NCBI GenBank assembly: GCA_042570405.1
Contig: JBHPGR010000002.1
Span: 5,992-69,991 of the forward strand
Length of the DNA: 64,000 nt
Reading direction: 5' to 3'
Source of the DNA: Candidatus Omnitrophota bacterium
GTDB taxonomy: Bacteria; Omnitrophota; Gorgyraeia; Gygaellales; Profunditerraquicolaceae
Shown here: piece by piece, positions 9,666 to 16,952 of the stretch
How positions within the stretch are numbered: position 1 is the stretch's first letter
How the letters are laid out: the number at the start of each line of letters is the position of its first letter
The notes under the pieces: model-generated
Seen by the model: the letters and a program-made list of their open reading frames with translations, nothing else
Told to the model about the DNA's origin: nothing
The model's database searches: none
Program-made: the position numbers and the translations under genes

Positions 9666-9672
9666 TTATCTG

Positions 9673-10521
9673 ATGAGAATAATAAATAGGCAAAATCTGG
9701 TACATAATAAGCAGGCTAAGGTGTGCAGGATGGCGCTGGAGGCTCCGGCAATAGCTGCCAAAGCCCGACCAGGCCAGTTTGTGGTGGTAATGGCGGTTAA
9801 GGAAGGGGAGCGGATACCCCTTACTATAGTCGATGCCGATAAGGATAAAGGCACGATCACCCTGATCTTTCAGGCAGTAGGTTTTACCACGGAGCTGCTC
9901 TGTAAATTTAAGGAGGGTGATTCATTGTACGCCCTAAGCGGCCCGCTTGGCCATGCCACAGAGATAAAGAAATACGGCACTGTGGCCGTTGTAGGAGGAG
10001 GGGTAGGGATAGCAGAGGTTCTTCCGGTAGCCAAGGCTTTTAAAGCAGCAGGCAACCGCGTGATCTCTATATTGGGGGCAAGGAGTAAAGAGCTCTTGAT
10101 ACTGGAAGAAGAAATGCGAGCTGTATCTGATGAATTGCATATTACTACTGACGACGGCTCATATGACCGGAAGGGTTTTGTCACTGATATCCTAAAGGAA
10201 TTAATAGCTCCGCAGACCACAGACCCGGGAGTGGACTTGGTTTACGCGGTGGGACCGATCCCAATGATGCAAAGGGTAGCTCAAATCACCCTGGAACCAA
10301 AGATCAAGACTCTGGTTTCTTTAAATGCGTTGATGGTCGATGCTACCGGTATGTGCGGATGCTGCCGCGTGACCGTGGGGGGTAAGGTAAAATTCAGCTG
10401 CGTGGACGGCCCGGAGTTTGACGCGCATCAGGTTGACTGGGAGGAGTTGGAGAGGAGGGGCAAGATCTACGGCGAGAAGGAGAAACATATCTGTAAGTTA
10501 GCAGGAAGAGTGGGACTTTAG
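9673..10521 (+). CDS. NfnA/SudB-like FAD/NAD(P)-binding [2Fe-2S] oxidoreductase subunit (PyrK fold)
   Basis: 282 aa. It has the ferredoxin-reductase-type fold (ARPGQFVVV, VVGGGVGIA) and a C-terminal Cys cluster CGCCRVTVGGKVKFSCVDGPEF. It is adjacent to a GltD-like subunit, as in NfnAB/sulfide dehydrogenase. Confidence 0.8.
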   Translation: MRIINRQNLVHNKQAKVCRMALEAPAIAAKARPGQFVVVMAVKEGERIPLTIVDADKDKGTITLIFQAVGFTTELLCKFKEGDSLYALSGPLGHATEIKKYGTVAVVGGGVGIAEVLPVAKAFKAAGNRVISILGARSKELLILEEEMRAVSDELHITTDDGSYDRKGFVTDILKELIAPQTTDPGVDLVYAVGPIPMMQRVAQITLEPKIKTLVSLNALMVDATGMCGCCRVTVGGKVKFSCVDGPEFDAHQVDWEELERRGKIYGEKEKHICKLAGRVGL

Positions 10522-11946
10522 ATGAAGAAAATGCCGGTTCACCCTAAAGAATTAGATCCCGCCGTAAGGACAGGCGGTTTTAAAGAGGTAGTCTCGGTCT
10601 ATACTGAGCAGCAGGCGCTGGAGGAGGCCTCGCGCTGCCTGCAGTGTAAGGAGCCAGTCTGCATATCCGGATGCCCTGTAGGAATTGATATAAAGAAATT
10701 TATCCATCAGATCACTCAAAAGGATTATGAGGGAGCTTATTTTACGATCAGAGACAAAAATAATTTTCCTTCAATGTGCGGAAGGGTGTGTCCTGCGGAG
10801 TATCAGTGCCGCAAGACCTGTGTTATGACCAAGAAGGGGGAGCCTTTTGCATCTGAGCAGACGATCAATATACACCTTCTGGAGAGGTTTGCCGGAGATT
10901 ACGGGATCAAGAATAAGTTGGATCTTACGGTTAAGAAAGACAGAAAGTTTTCCCATGCTAAGGTTGCTGTGGTAGGTTCCGGACCTGCAGGCCTCTGCTG
11001 CGCCGGAGAGCTTGCCAGGCAGGGCATAAGGGTAGATATCTTTGAGAGCCTGCATCAGCCGGGAGGGGTCTTAAGGTACGGGATCCCGCCCTTCAGGCTG
11101 CCGGCAGAAGTGCTGGATTTCGAGATAGATTATCTTAAGAAATTAGGCGTTACGATCACTAAGAACTTTACCATAGGAAGGACCAGGACGCTGGATGACC
11201 TTTTTAACGATGATTATTCCTGTGTTTTTTTAGGGTTGGGAGCCGGGGTCCCCTCTTTCATGGGGTTGCCGGGCGAGACGCTCTGTAATGTATATTCTGC
11301 CAATGAATTCCTTACCCGCGCCAACTTGATGTCGGCCTATAAATTCCCGGAGTACCATACGCCTATTAATATAGGTAAACATGCTTTAGTGATCGGTGGA
11401 GGCAATACAGCGATGGATTCAGCCAGGGTGGCTCTACGACTGCAGAAGATCAACGGTTTTGCTGCGAATACTTCGATCCTTTATAGGCGCACAGAGGTGG
11501 AGATGCCGGCAAGGAGGCCGGAGATCGCTCACGCCGGGGAGGAAGGGGTAAAGTTCGAATTTCTGGTCCAGCCTAAGGAGTTTATCGGCGATGAGGCCGG
11601 TTTTGTAAAGAAGGTGCGCTGTTTAAGGTGCAAGCTGGGTGAGCCGGATGCCTCCGGTAGAAGGAGGCCGTTTCCTATCGAGGGGAGCGATTTCGAGATA
11701 GACTGCGACCTGGCAGTGATCGCTGTCGGGCTTCATGCAAATCATATCCTGACCGGTGCGACCCCGAATTTAAAGACGGATAAATATAAGGATATCGTAG
11801 TCAATCCCGATTCAATGGAGACTTCGATCAAGGGTGTATTCGCAGGCGGGGATATCGTAGGGGGTGAAGGCACGGTAATCGAGGCAATGGGTATGGCAAA
11901 AAAGGCGGCTTGTGGTATAATTGAGCGTATTAAAACCAACAGTTAA
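10522..11946 (+). CDS. NfnB/SudA-like (GltD-family) NADPH-dependent iron-sulfur flavoprotein subunit
   Basis: 474 aa. It has N-terminal Fe-S cysteines (CLQCKEPVCISGCPVGIDI, CGRVCPAEYQC) and two dinucleotide folds (VAVVGSGPAGL, LVIGGGNTAMD). Confidence 0.8.
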   Translation: MKKMPVHPKELDPAVRTGGFKEVVSVYTEQQALEEASRCLQCKEPVCISGCPVGIDIKKFIHQITQKDYEGAYFTIRDKNNFPSMCGRVCPAEYQCRKTCVMTKKGEPFASEQTINIHLLERFAGDYGIKNKLDLTVKKDRKFSHAKVAVVGSGPAGLCCAGELARQGIRVDIFESLHQPGGVLRYGIPPFRLPAEVLDFEIDYLKKLGVTITKNFTIGRTRTLDDLFNDDYSCVFLGLGAGVPSFMGLPGETLCNVYSANEFLTRANLMSAYKFPEYHTPINIGKHALVIGGGNTAMDSARVALRLQKINGFAANTSILYRRTEVEMPARRPEIAHAGEEGVKFEFLVQPKEFIGDEAGFVKKVRCLRCKLGEPDASGRRRPFPIEGSDFEIDCDLAVIAVGLHANHILTGATPNLKTDKYKDIVVNPDSMETSIKGVFAGGDIVGGEGTVIEAMGMAKKAACGIIERIKTNS

Positions 11947-11956
11947 AGGAGGAGAT

Positions 11957-13294
11957 ATGACTAAGAGAATCGAAGATTTCATGAGCAAGGTAAAGGCAAG
12001 AGACGGCGACCAGCCTGAATTCATCCAGGCAGTGCAGGAGGTCGTAGAGTCAGTGATGCCCTTTATCGAGGAGAATCCCAAGTACGAGGAGCATAAGATC
12101 CTGGAGAGGATAGTTGAGCCGGAGCGGGTGCTGATGTTCCGCGTCCCCTGGCTGAATGATAAGGGGGAGATCCAGGTAAACCGCGGCTATCGCATCGAGA
12201 TGAACAGCGCGATCGGGCCTTACAAGGGGGGATTACGTTTTCATCCCAGCGTCTACCTGGGGATCTTAAAATTCTTGGCTTTTGAGCAGGTATTCAAGAA
12301 TGCGCTGACTACCCTGCCTATGGGCGGCGGAAAGGGCGGCTCTGATTTCGATCCTAAAGGTAAATCAGACAATGAAGTGATGAAGTTCTGCCAGAGTTTT
12401 ATGACTGAGCTCTCTAGGCATATCGGCCCGGATACGGATGTTCCTGCCGGAGATATCGGCGTTGGCGGCCGCGAGATCGGTTATATGTTTGGCCAGTACA
12501 AGAGGCTGCGCAATGAGTTTACCGGCGTCCTGACCGGTAAGGGGCTGAATTGGGGCGGAAGCCTGATCCGTCCGGAAGCTACCGGTTACGGATGCACCTA
12601 TTTCGTTGAGGAGATGCTCAAGACTAGGGGTGAGACCTTGAAGGGTAAGGTGTGCGCGGTCTCCGGTTCGGGCAATGTCGCCCAGTATACAGTAGAGAAA
12701 TGCCTTCAGCTGGGCGCTAAGGTAGTCACTTTATCTGATTCCAACGGGTTCATCCATGACGAAAAGGGGATCGGAGAGAAGGAGCTTAAGTATGTGATGG
12801 AGCTTAAGAACGTCCGGCGCGGCAGGATTAAAGATTGCGTTAAGGAGTTTAACTGCGAATACCATGAAGGCAAGAAGCCGTGGCATGTCAAGTGCGATAT
12901 CGCCTTCCCAAGTGCCACCCAGAACGAGATCAACGCAGAGGATGCCAAGGTATTGGTGAAAAACGGTTGTATCGCCGTTGGTGAAGGTGCAAATATGCCG
13001 ACTACTCCTGGAGGTGTCGAGGTCTTCCAGAAGGCGAAGATCCTTTATGCTCCGGGTAAGGCAGCCAATGCCGGCGGGGTTGCCACTTCAGGCCTTGAGA
13101 TGTCACAGAACAGTCAGATGATGTCATGGAGCAGGGAAGAGGTGGATAAGAAACTGCATCAGATCATGATCAACATCCATGAGACTTGCGTAAGGTATGG
13201 AAAGGAAGATAAGCACATCGATTACGTCAAGGGGGCTAACCTCGGCGGGTTTGTCAAGGTCGCCGATGCGATGATCGACCAGGGATTAGTATAG
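11957..13294 (+). CDS. gdhA: NADP-specific glutamate dehydrogenase
   Basis: It has the GDH catalytic motif LPMGGGKGGSDFDPKG and the dinucleotide fold VSGSGNVAQY. The ATG at 11957 is preceded by AGGAGG. The track's earlier TTG start at 11921 overlaps the upstream gene. Confidence 0.93.
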   Translation: MTKRIEDFMSKVKARDGDQPEFIQAVQEVVESVMPFIEENPKYEEHKILERIVEPERVLMFRVPWLNDKGEIQVNRGYRIEMNSAIGPYKGGLRFHPSVYLGILKFLAFEQVFKNALTTLPMGGGKGGSDFDPKGKSDNEVMKFCQSFMTELSRHIGPDTDVPAGDIGVGGREIGYMFGQYKRLRNEFTGVLTGKGLNWGGSLIRPEATGYGCTYFVEEMLKTRGETLKGKVCAVSGSGNVAQYTVEKCLQLGAKVVTLSDSNGFIHDEKGIGEKELKYVMELKNVRRGRIKDCVKEFNCEYHEGKKPWHVKCDIAFPSATQNEINAEDAKVLVKNGCIAVGEGANMPTTPGGVEVFQKAKILYAPGKAANAGGVATSGLEMSQNSQMMSWSREEVDKKLHQIMINIHETCVRYGKEDKHIDYVKGANLGGFVKVADAMIDQGLV

Positions 13295-13313
13295 TCTAGT
13301 CTCGCGGATGTGA

Positions 13314-13347
13314 TTCAGGGGCACACTCATTGTGCCCCTGAATTTTT
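13314..13347 (+). terminator. Rho-independent terminator after gdhA
   Basis: TTCAGGGGCACA-CTCAT-TGTGCCCCTGAA forms a 12-bp perfect stem, followed by TTTTT. Confidence 0.8.
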
Positions 13348-13349
13348 AC

Positions 13350-13377
13350 TTGACAAAAAAAGAATCGGTGTTATACT
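13350..13377 (+). promoter_or_regulatory. sigma70-like promoter candidate for the amtB-glnK-glnA leader
   Basis: TTGACA (13350-13355), a 16-nt spacer, then TATACT (13372-13377). Confidence 0.5.
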
Positions 13378-13404
13378 TTAAGTAACTACAGTGATGTAGT
13401 TGAT

Positions 13405-13448
13405 GACGCTGAAGTCTTTCGGTGGTTGGATTGCCGGAGGACTTTTTT
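13405..13448 (+). promoter_or_regulatory. leader attenuator module 1 (mini-hairpin + terminator)
   Basis: The mini-hairpin GAC-GCTGAA-GTC (13405-13416) overlaps the 5' arm AGTCTTTCGG (13413-13422). That arm pairs with CCGGAGGACT (13434-13443) over 10 bp including 2 G-U, followed by TTTTT. Confidence 0.5.
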
Positions 13449-13453
13449 GTTGC

Positions 13454-13501
13454 AGGACGGCGAAGTCCTTTATCCGAATGGCCGGATAGAGGATTTTTTT
13501 T
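13454..13501 (+). promoter_or_regulatory. leader attenuator module 2 (mini-hairpin + terminator)
   Basis: The mini-hairpin AGGAC-GGCGAA-GTCCT (13454-13469) overlaps the 5' arm TCCTTTATCCG (13466-13476). That arm pairs with CGGATAGAGGA (13483-13493) over 11 bp. The hexaloop is AATGGC, followed by 8 T. Confidence 0.6.
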
Positions 13502-13507
13502 GAATTT

Positions 13508-13565
13508 GGACAGAGGCGTCCAATTTAACGCGCAAAGATCTGCGCATTAATTGGGCGCTTTTTTT
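13508..13565 (+). promoter_or_regulatory. leader attenuator module 3 (mini-hairpin + extended terminator)
   Basis: The mini-hairpin GGAC-AGAGGC-GTCC (13508-13521) overlaps the 5' arm AGAGGCGTCC (13512-13521). That arm pairs with GGGCGCTTTT (13553-13562). An inner GCGCA/TGCGC hairpin is present and the T-run extends to 13565. The motif is nearly identical to the one at 9620-9661. Confidence 0.5.
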
Positions 13566-13583
13566 GTGCCCGGGAAGGGAGAT

Positions 13584-14831
13584 ATGGAGACGATTATAAC
13601 AGGACTTGATACTTTGTGGGTGATGATCGCGGCATTTTTGGTGTTTATTATGCAGGCGGGTTTTGGCATGCTTGAGGCAGGATTAGTCAGGACAAAGAAT
13701 ACCTGCAATATTTTGATGAACAACTTTCTCGATTTCTGTATGGCATCGGTAGGGTTCTTTGTCTTTGGTTATGCGATCATGTTCGGCACCGGAAACGGTT
13801 TTATGGGTTTCAGCGGATGGGCGCTGATCAACGCCAATTCCGGAGGACATTTGCCATTGTATGCGGAGTGGTTGTTTCATGCGGTCTTTTGCGGGGCAGC
13901 AGCGACAATTGTAGCCGGAGGAGTTGCAGAAAGGATGAAGTTTAAGGTCTACCTTATATATTCTTTCCTGATCTCTGCCTTGATATATCCGATCGTAGGG
14001 CATTGGATATGGGGAGGGGGCTGGCTTTCGAAATTGGGTTTTGCGGATTTCGCCGGCTCTACGGTGGTGCATGCTGTCGGCGGCACCGCTGCTTTAGTGG
14101 GCACGATATGCCTGGGCCCCAGGATAGGCAAATTTAATAAAGACGGCTCAGCCAATGCGATTCAGGGTCATTCTATGGCCTTAGCTTCTCTGGGGACCCT
14201 GGTACTTTGGTTTGCCTGGTTTGGTTTTAATCCCGGTTCGACCTTAAGCGTCGGTGACGGAAGCAAAATCGCACATGTAGCGGTGACTACGAATATGGCG
14301 GCTGTCTCCGGAGCGCTGGTGGCGATGTTTTTTGCCTGGAGGAAGTTCGGCAAGCCGGATCTTACCATGACCATGAACGGAGCTTTGGCAGGATTAGTGG
14401 CGATAACCGCTCCCTGCGCCTTTGTCATGCCTTTAGAGGCGATGGCAATCGGAGCGATAGGCGGGATCATCGTAGTGCTGGGAACGGTATTTCTGGATAA
14501 AATGCATATTGACGATCCGGTGGGCGCTGTCCCGGTGCATGCAATGAACGGGATCTGGGGGACTTTAGCAATCGGAATCTTCGGGCACCAGTCATTAGGG
14601 CTGGCCAGGGAGGGACTATTGCACGGAGGAGGCTTTTCGCAATTAGGAGTGCAGGCTTTAGGCGTGGGATCAGCAGTCATATTTGTGCTGATTGCGATGT
14701 TTACAATCTTTAAGACGTTAGACAGGTTTGTGGGTTTAAGGGTTTCAAGAGAGGATGAATTAAAGGGCCTGGATATCAGCCAGCACGGGATGGAATCCTA
14801 CGCCGGATTTGAGATATTCACTACGCAATAA
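13584..14831 (+). CDS. amtB: ammonium transporter AmtB
   Basis: It is polytopic and has the Amt signature [13 protein letters not shown]. Downstream [15 protein letters not shown] is also present. The ATG at 13584 is preceded by GGGAAGGGAG. It is followed directly by a P-II gene. Confidence 0.93.
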   Translation: METIITGLDTLWVMIAAFLVFIMQAGFGMLEAGLVRTKNTCNILMNNFLDFCMASVGFFVFGYAIMFGTGNGFMGFSGWALINANSGGHLPLYAEWLFHAVFCGAAATIVAGGVAERMKFKVYLIYSFLISALIYPIVGHWIWGGGWLSKLGFADFAGSTVVHAVGGTAALVGTICLGPRIGKFNKDGSANAIQGHSMALASLGTLVLWFAWFGFNPGSTLSVGDGSKIAHVAVTTNMAAVSGALVAMFFAWRKFGKPDLTMTMNGALAGLVAITAPCAFVMPLEAMAIGAIGGIIVVLGTVFLDKMHIDDPVGAVPVHAMNGIWGTLAIGIFGHQSLGLAREGLLHGGGFSQLGVQALGVGSAVIFVLIAMFTIFKTLDRFVGLRVSREDELKGLDISQHGMESYAGFEIFTTQ

Positions 14832-14841
14832 GGAGGGGATG

Positions 14842-15192
14842 ATGAAACTTATAATCGCGCTGATACAGCCGCATAAACTTCCTGATGTAAAAAAGGAGCT
14901 CTTTGATACAGAGGTTTATAAGATGACGGTCTCAAACGCCCTGGGTTGCGGACAACAGAAGGGATACACCGAGACCTACCGTGGGGTTGTGCATGAGGTA
15001 AACCTGCTGAAAAAAGTCAGGCTTGAGATCGCGGTAAATGATAACTTTGTCAGGCCTACGATCGATGCGATCATCAAGGGTGCCCGTAACGGTTCCCAGG
15101 GCAGGATCGGTGACGGAAAGATATTTGTATTAGATCTGCCCGAATGTATCAGGATCAGGACAGGGGAGCGGGGAGGTGAAGCGATAGGATGA
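14842..15192 (+). CDS. glnK: P-II nitrogen regulatory protein GlnK
   Basis: It starts [17 protein letters not shown] and has a T-loop [14 protein letters not shown] and the C-terminal GDGKIFV motif. AGGAGG lies 5 nt upstream of the ATG at 14842. An alternative ATG is at 14839. Confidence 0.9.
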   Translation: MKLIIALIQPHKLPDVKKELFDTEVYKMTVSNALGCGQQKGYTETYRGVVHEVNLLKKVRLEIAVNDNFVRPTIDAIIKGARNGSQGRIGDGKIFVLDLPECIRIRTGERGGEAIG

Positions 15193-15248
15193 ACAAAAAG
15201 CTAAACAACAAGATCAGTCAACAGACTAAAACAAAAAAGGAGGAGAAG

Positions 15249-16580
15249 ATGGCAAAGAGGACGAAACAGGACATTATGAAGTTAGTAAAGGAAAATGATG
15301 TAAAGTTCATTAGGCTCTGGTTTACGGATCTTCTCGGCCAGGTAAAGAGCTTTGCGATTACTGATGGCGAATTAGAGGGGGCTCTTAGTAATGGTATGGG
15401 TTTTGACGGCTCATCGATCACCGGCTATCAGGACATCGAAGAGTCTGATATGATCGCCATGCCCGATCCGGACACATTCGTACTGCTCCCCTGGAGGCCG
15501 AAGGAGAAGGCGGTCGCCAGGATGATCTGCGATGTGCTTAATCCGGATAAGACGCCTTATGAAGGGGATCCGCGTTATGTACTCAAAAGGGCACTGGCCA
15601 GGGCAAAGAAGATGGGGTTTGACCATTACTATGTCGGCCCCGAGCTTGAATATTTTTATTTCAAGAACAGTGATTCGACCGAGATCCTGGATAAGGGAGG
15701 TTATTTTGATCTGACAACTTTAGATGTGGCAAGCGATCTTAGGCGTGAAACAGTGCTGGCGCTTGAACAGATGGGCATCCAGGTAGAGTATTCCCATCAT
15801 GAGGTCGCTCCTTCCCAGCACGAAGTAGATATGCGTTATAAGGATGCGCTGCAGATGGCTGACAGCGTGATCACCTACAGGGTGGCAGTCAAAGAGATCG
15901 CCAGCAAGTTAGGAGTTTATGCCACCTTTATGCCTAAGCCGATCTTTGGGCAAAACGGCTCGGGGATGCATACCCATCAGTCGCTGTTTAAGGGGGATAA
16001 GAATGCCTTCTTTGATGCAAAGTCCAATGATAATCTGTCGGCCACCGGGCATAACTATATCGCCGGACTCCTGAAGCACGCAAAGGAGATATGCTCCATC
16101 TTTGCCCAGACGACTAACTCTTACAAGAGGCTAGTCCCGGGTTATGAGGCGCCGGTTTACATCGCCTGGAGCCGCAGGAACCGAAGCGCCCTGATCCGTG
16201 TGCCGCAATATCATCCCGGACAGGAGAAGGCAACGCGTTGCGAGTTTAGGGCATGCGATCCAGTATGCAATCCATATCTAACCTTTGCGGCGATGCTTCA
16301 CGCCGGCCTTGAAGGAATAGAGAAGGGGTATAAAGCTCCCGCCCCTATGGAGCAGAACCTTTATCATCTGACAGAAAGCGAGAGAAAGGCCAAGGGTATT
16401 CAGACCCTGCCGGACAGCCTGGGAAAAGCTATTTCGATCACCGAAGACAGCGCGCTGGTGAAAAAGATCCTGGGTGAGCACATCTTTCCCAGGTTCGTTG
16501 AGTTAAAACAGAAGGAGTGGAATGAATACAGGATCCAGGTTCCTAAGTATGAACTGGATAAGTATCTTTCGACCACTTAA
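15249..16580 (+). CDS. glnA: glutamine synthetase type I (443-aa form), copy 2
   Basis: It has the same motif set as copy 1 (FDGSSITGY, GPELEYF, HHEVAPSQHEVDMRY, NGSGMHTHQS, NSYKRLVPGYEAP). The ATG at 15249 is preceded by AAGGAGGAG. The track's start at 15189 adds a non-conserved 20-aa extension. Confidence 0.93.
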   Translation: MAKRTKQDIMKLVKENDVKFIRLWFTDLLGQVKSFAITDGELEGALSNGMGFDGSSITGYQDIEESDMIAMPDPDTFVLLPWRPKEKAVARMICDVLNPDKTPYEGDPRYVLKRALARAKKMGFDHYYVGPELEYFYFKNSDSTEILDKGGYFDLTTLDVASDLRRETVLALEQMGIQVEYSHHEVAPSQHEVDMRYKDALQMADSVITYRVAVKEIASKLGVYATFMPKPIFGQNGSGMHTHQSLFKGDKNAFFDAKSNDNLSATGHNYIAGLLKHAKEICSIFAQTTNSYKRLVPGYEAPVYIAWSRRNRSALIRVPQYHPGQEKATRCEFRACDPVCNPYLTFAAMLHAGLEGIEKGYKAPAPMEQNLYHLTESERKAKGIQTLPDSLGKAISITEDSALVKKILGEHIFPRFVELKQKEWNEYRIQVPKYELDKYLSTT

Positions 16581-16590
16581 GGCGATAGGT

Positions 16591-16634
16591 TATGTGCGTC
16601 CTTCATTGAAAGGAGGACGCACATAAAATTTTTT
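16591..16634 (+). terminator. Rho-independent terminator after glnA copy 2
   Basis: TATGTGCGTCCT ... AGGACGCACATA forms a 12-bp perfect stem, followed by AAATTTTTT. Confidence 0.75.
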
Positions 16635-16685
16635 GTGCAGGGGAGTCTAAATTTTGGGCAGGATTAGCGTTTAATTTAAACAGAG

Positions 16686-16952
16686 ATGAACAAAGAGATT
16701 TATACACAAGAAAAAAAAGAAAGACTCCAGGAGCTGGTTGCCCAGATCGATGAGGAGTTTATCCGGAATAACCGGACACGCCTCTACAAGTTTTTTGTTG
16801 AGGCGCTGGAGAAGCCGTTGATCGAGAGGATCCTGGAGAAGACTGATGGCAATCAGCTTAGGGCAGCCAGGATATTAGGCATCAACCGCAACACCCTAAG
16901 AAGTAAGATAAAGAAGTTCGCAATCAACACCGCGAGGTGGAAGATAGGATGA
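16686..16952 (+). CDS. Fis-family small DNA-binding protein (HTH_8 type)
   Basis: 88 aa. LYKFFVEALEKPLIERILEKTDGNQLRAARILGINRNTLRSKIKKF aligns with the Fis/NtrC C-terminal HTH. Its stop overlaps the gltB ATG (ATGA at 16949-16952). Confidence 0.7.
   Translation: MNKEIYTQEKKERLQELVAQIDEEFIRNNRTRLYKFFVEALEKPLIERILEKTDGNQLRAARILGINRNTLRSKIKKFAINTARWKIG

Noticed and set aside
13454-13469. A glutamine riboswitch (glnA RNA motif) in the amtB leader, suggested by GGACGGCGAAGTCC resembling the ACGGAAGU core.
   Set aside because: I could not place the remaining conserved three-stem architecture or E-loop nucleotides. The element is more simply one of four repeats of the mini-hairpin/terminator module. 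A covariance-model scan would settle it.
16654-16670. A possible sigma54 promoter, TTGGGCAGGATTAGCGT, upstream of the Fis-like/gltB operon.
   Set aside because: The GG-to-GC spacing is one to two nt off the strict -24/-12 geometry (TGGCAC-N5-TTGC), and the -12 element is GCG rather than TGC. No sigma54 activator is seen in the window.
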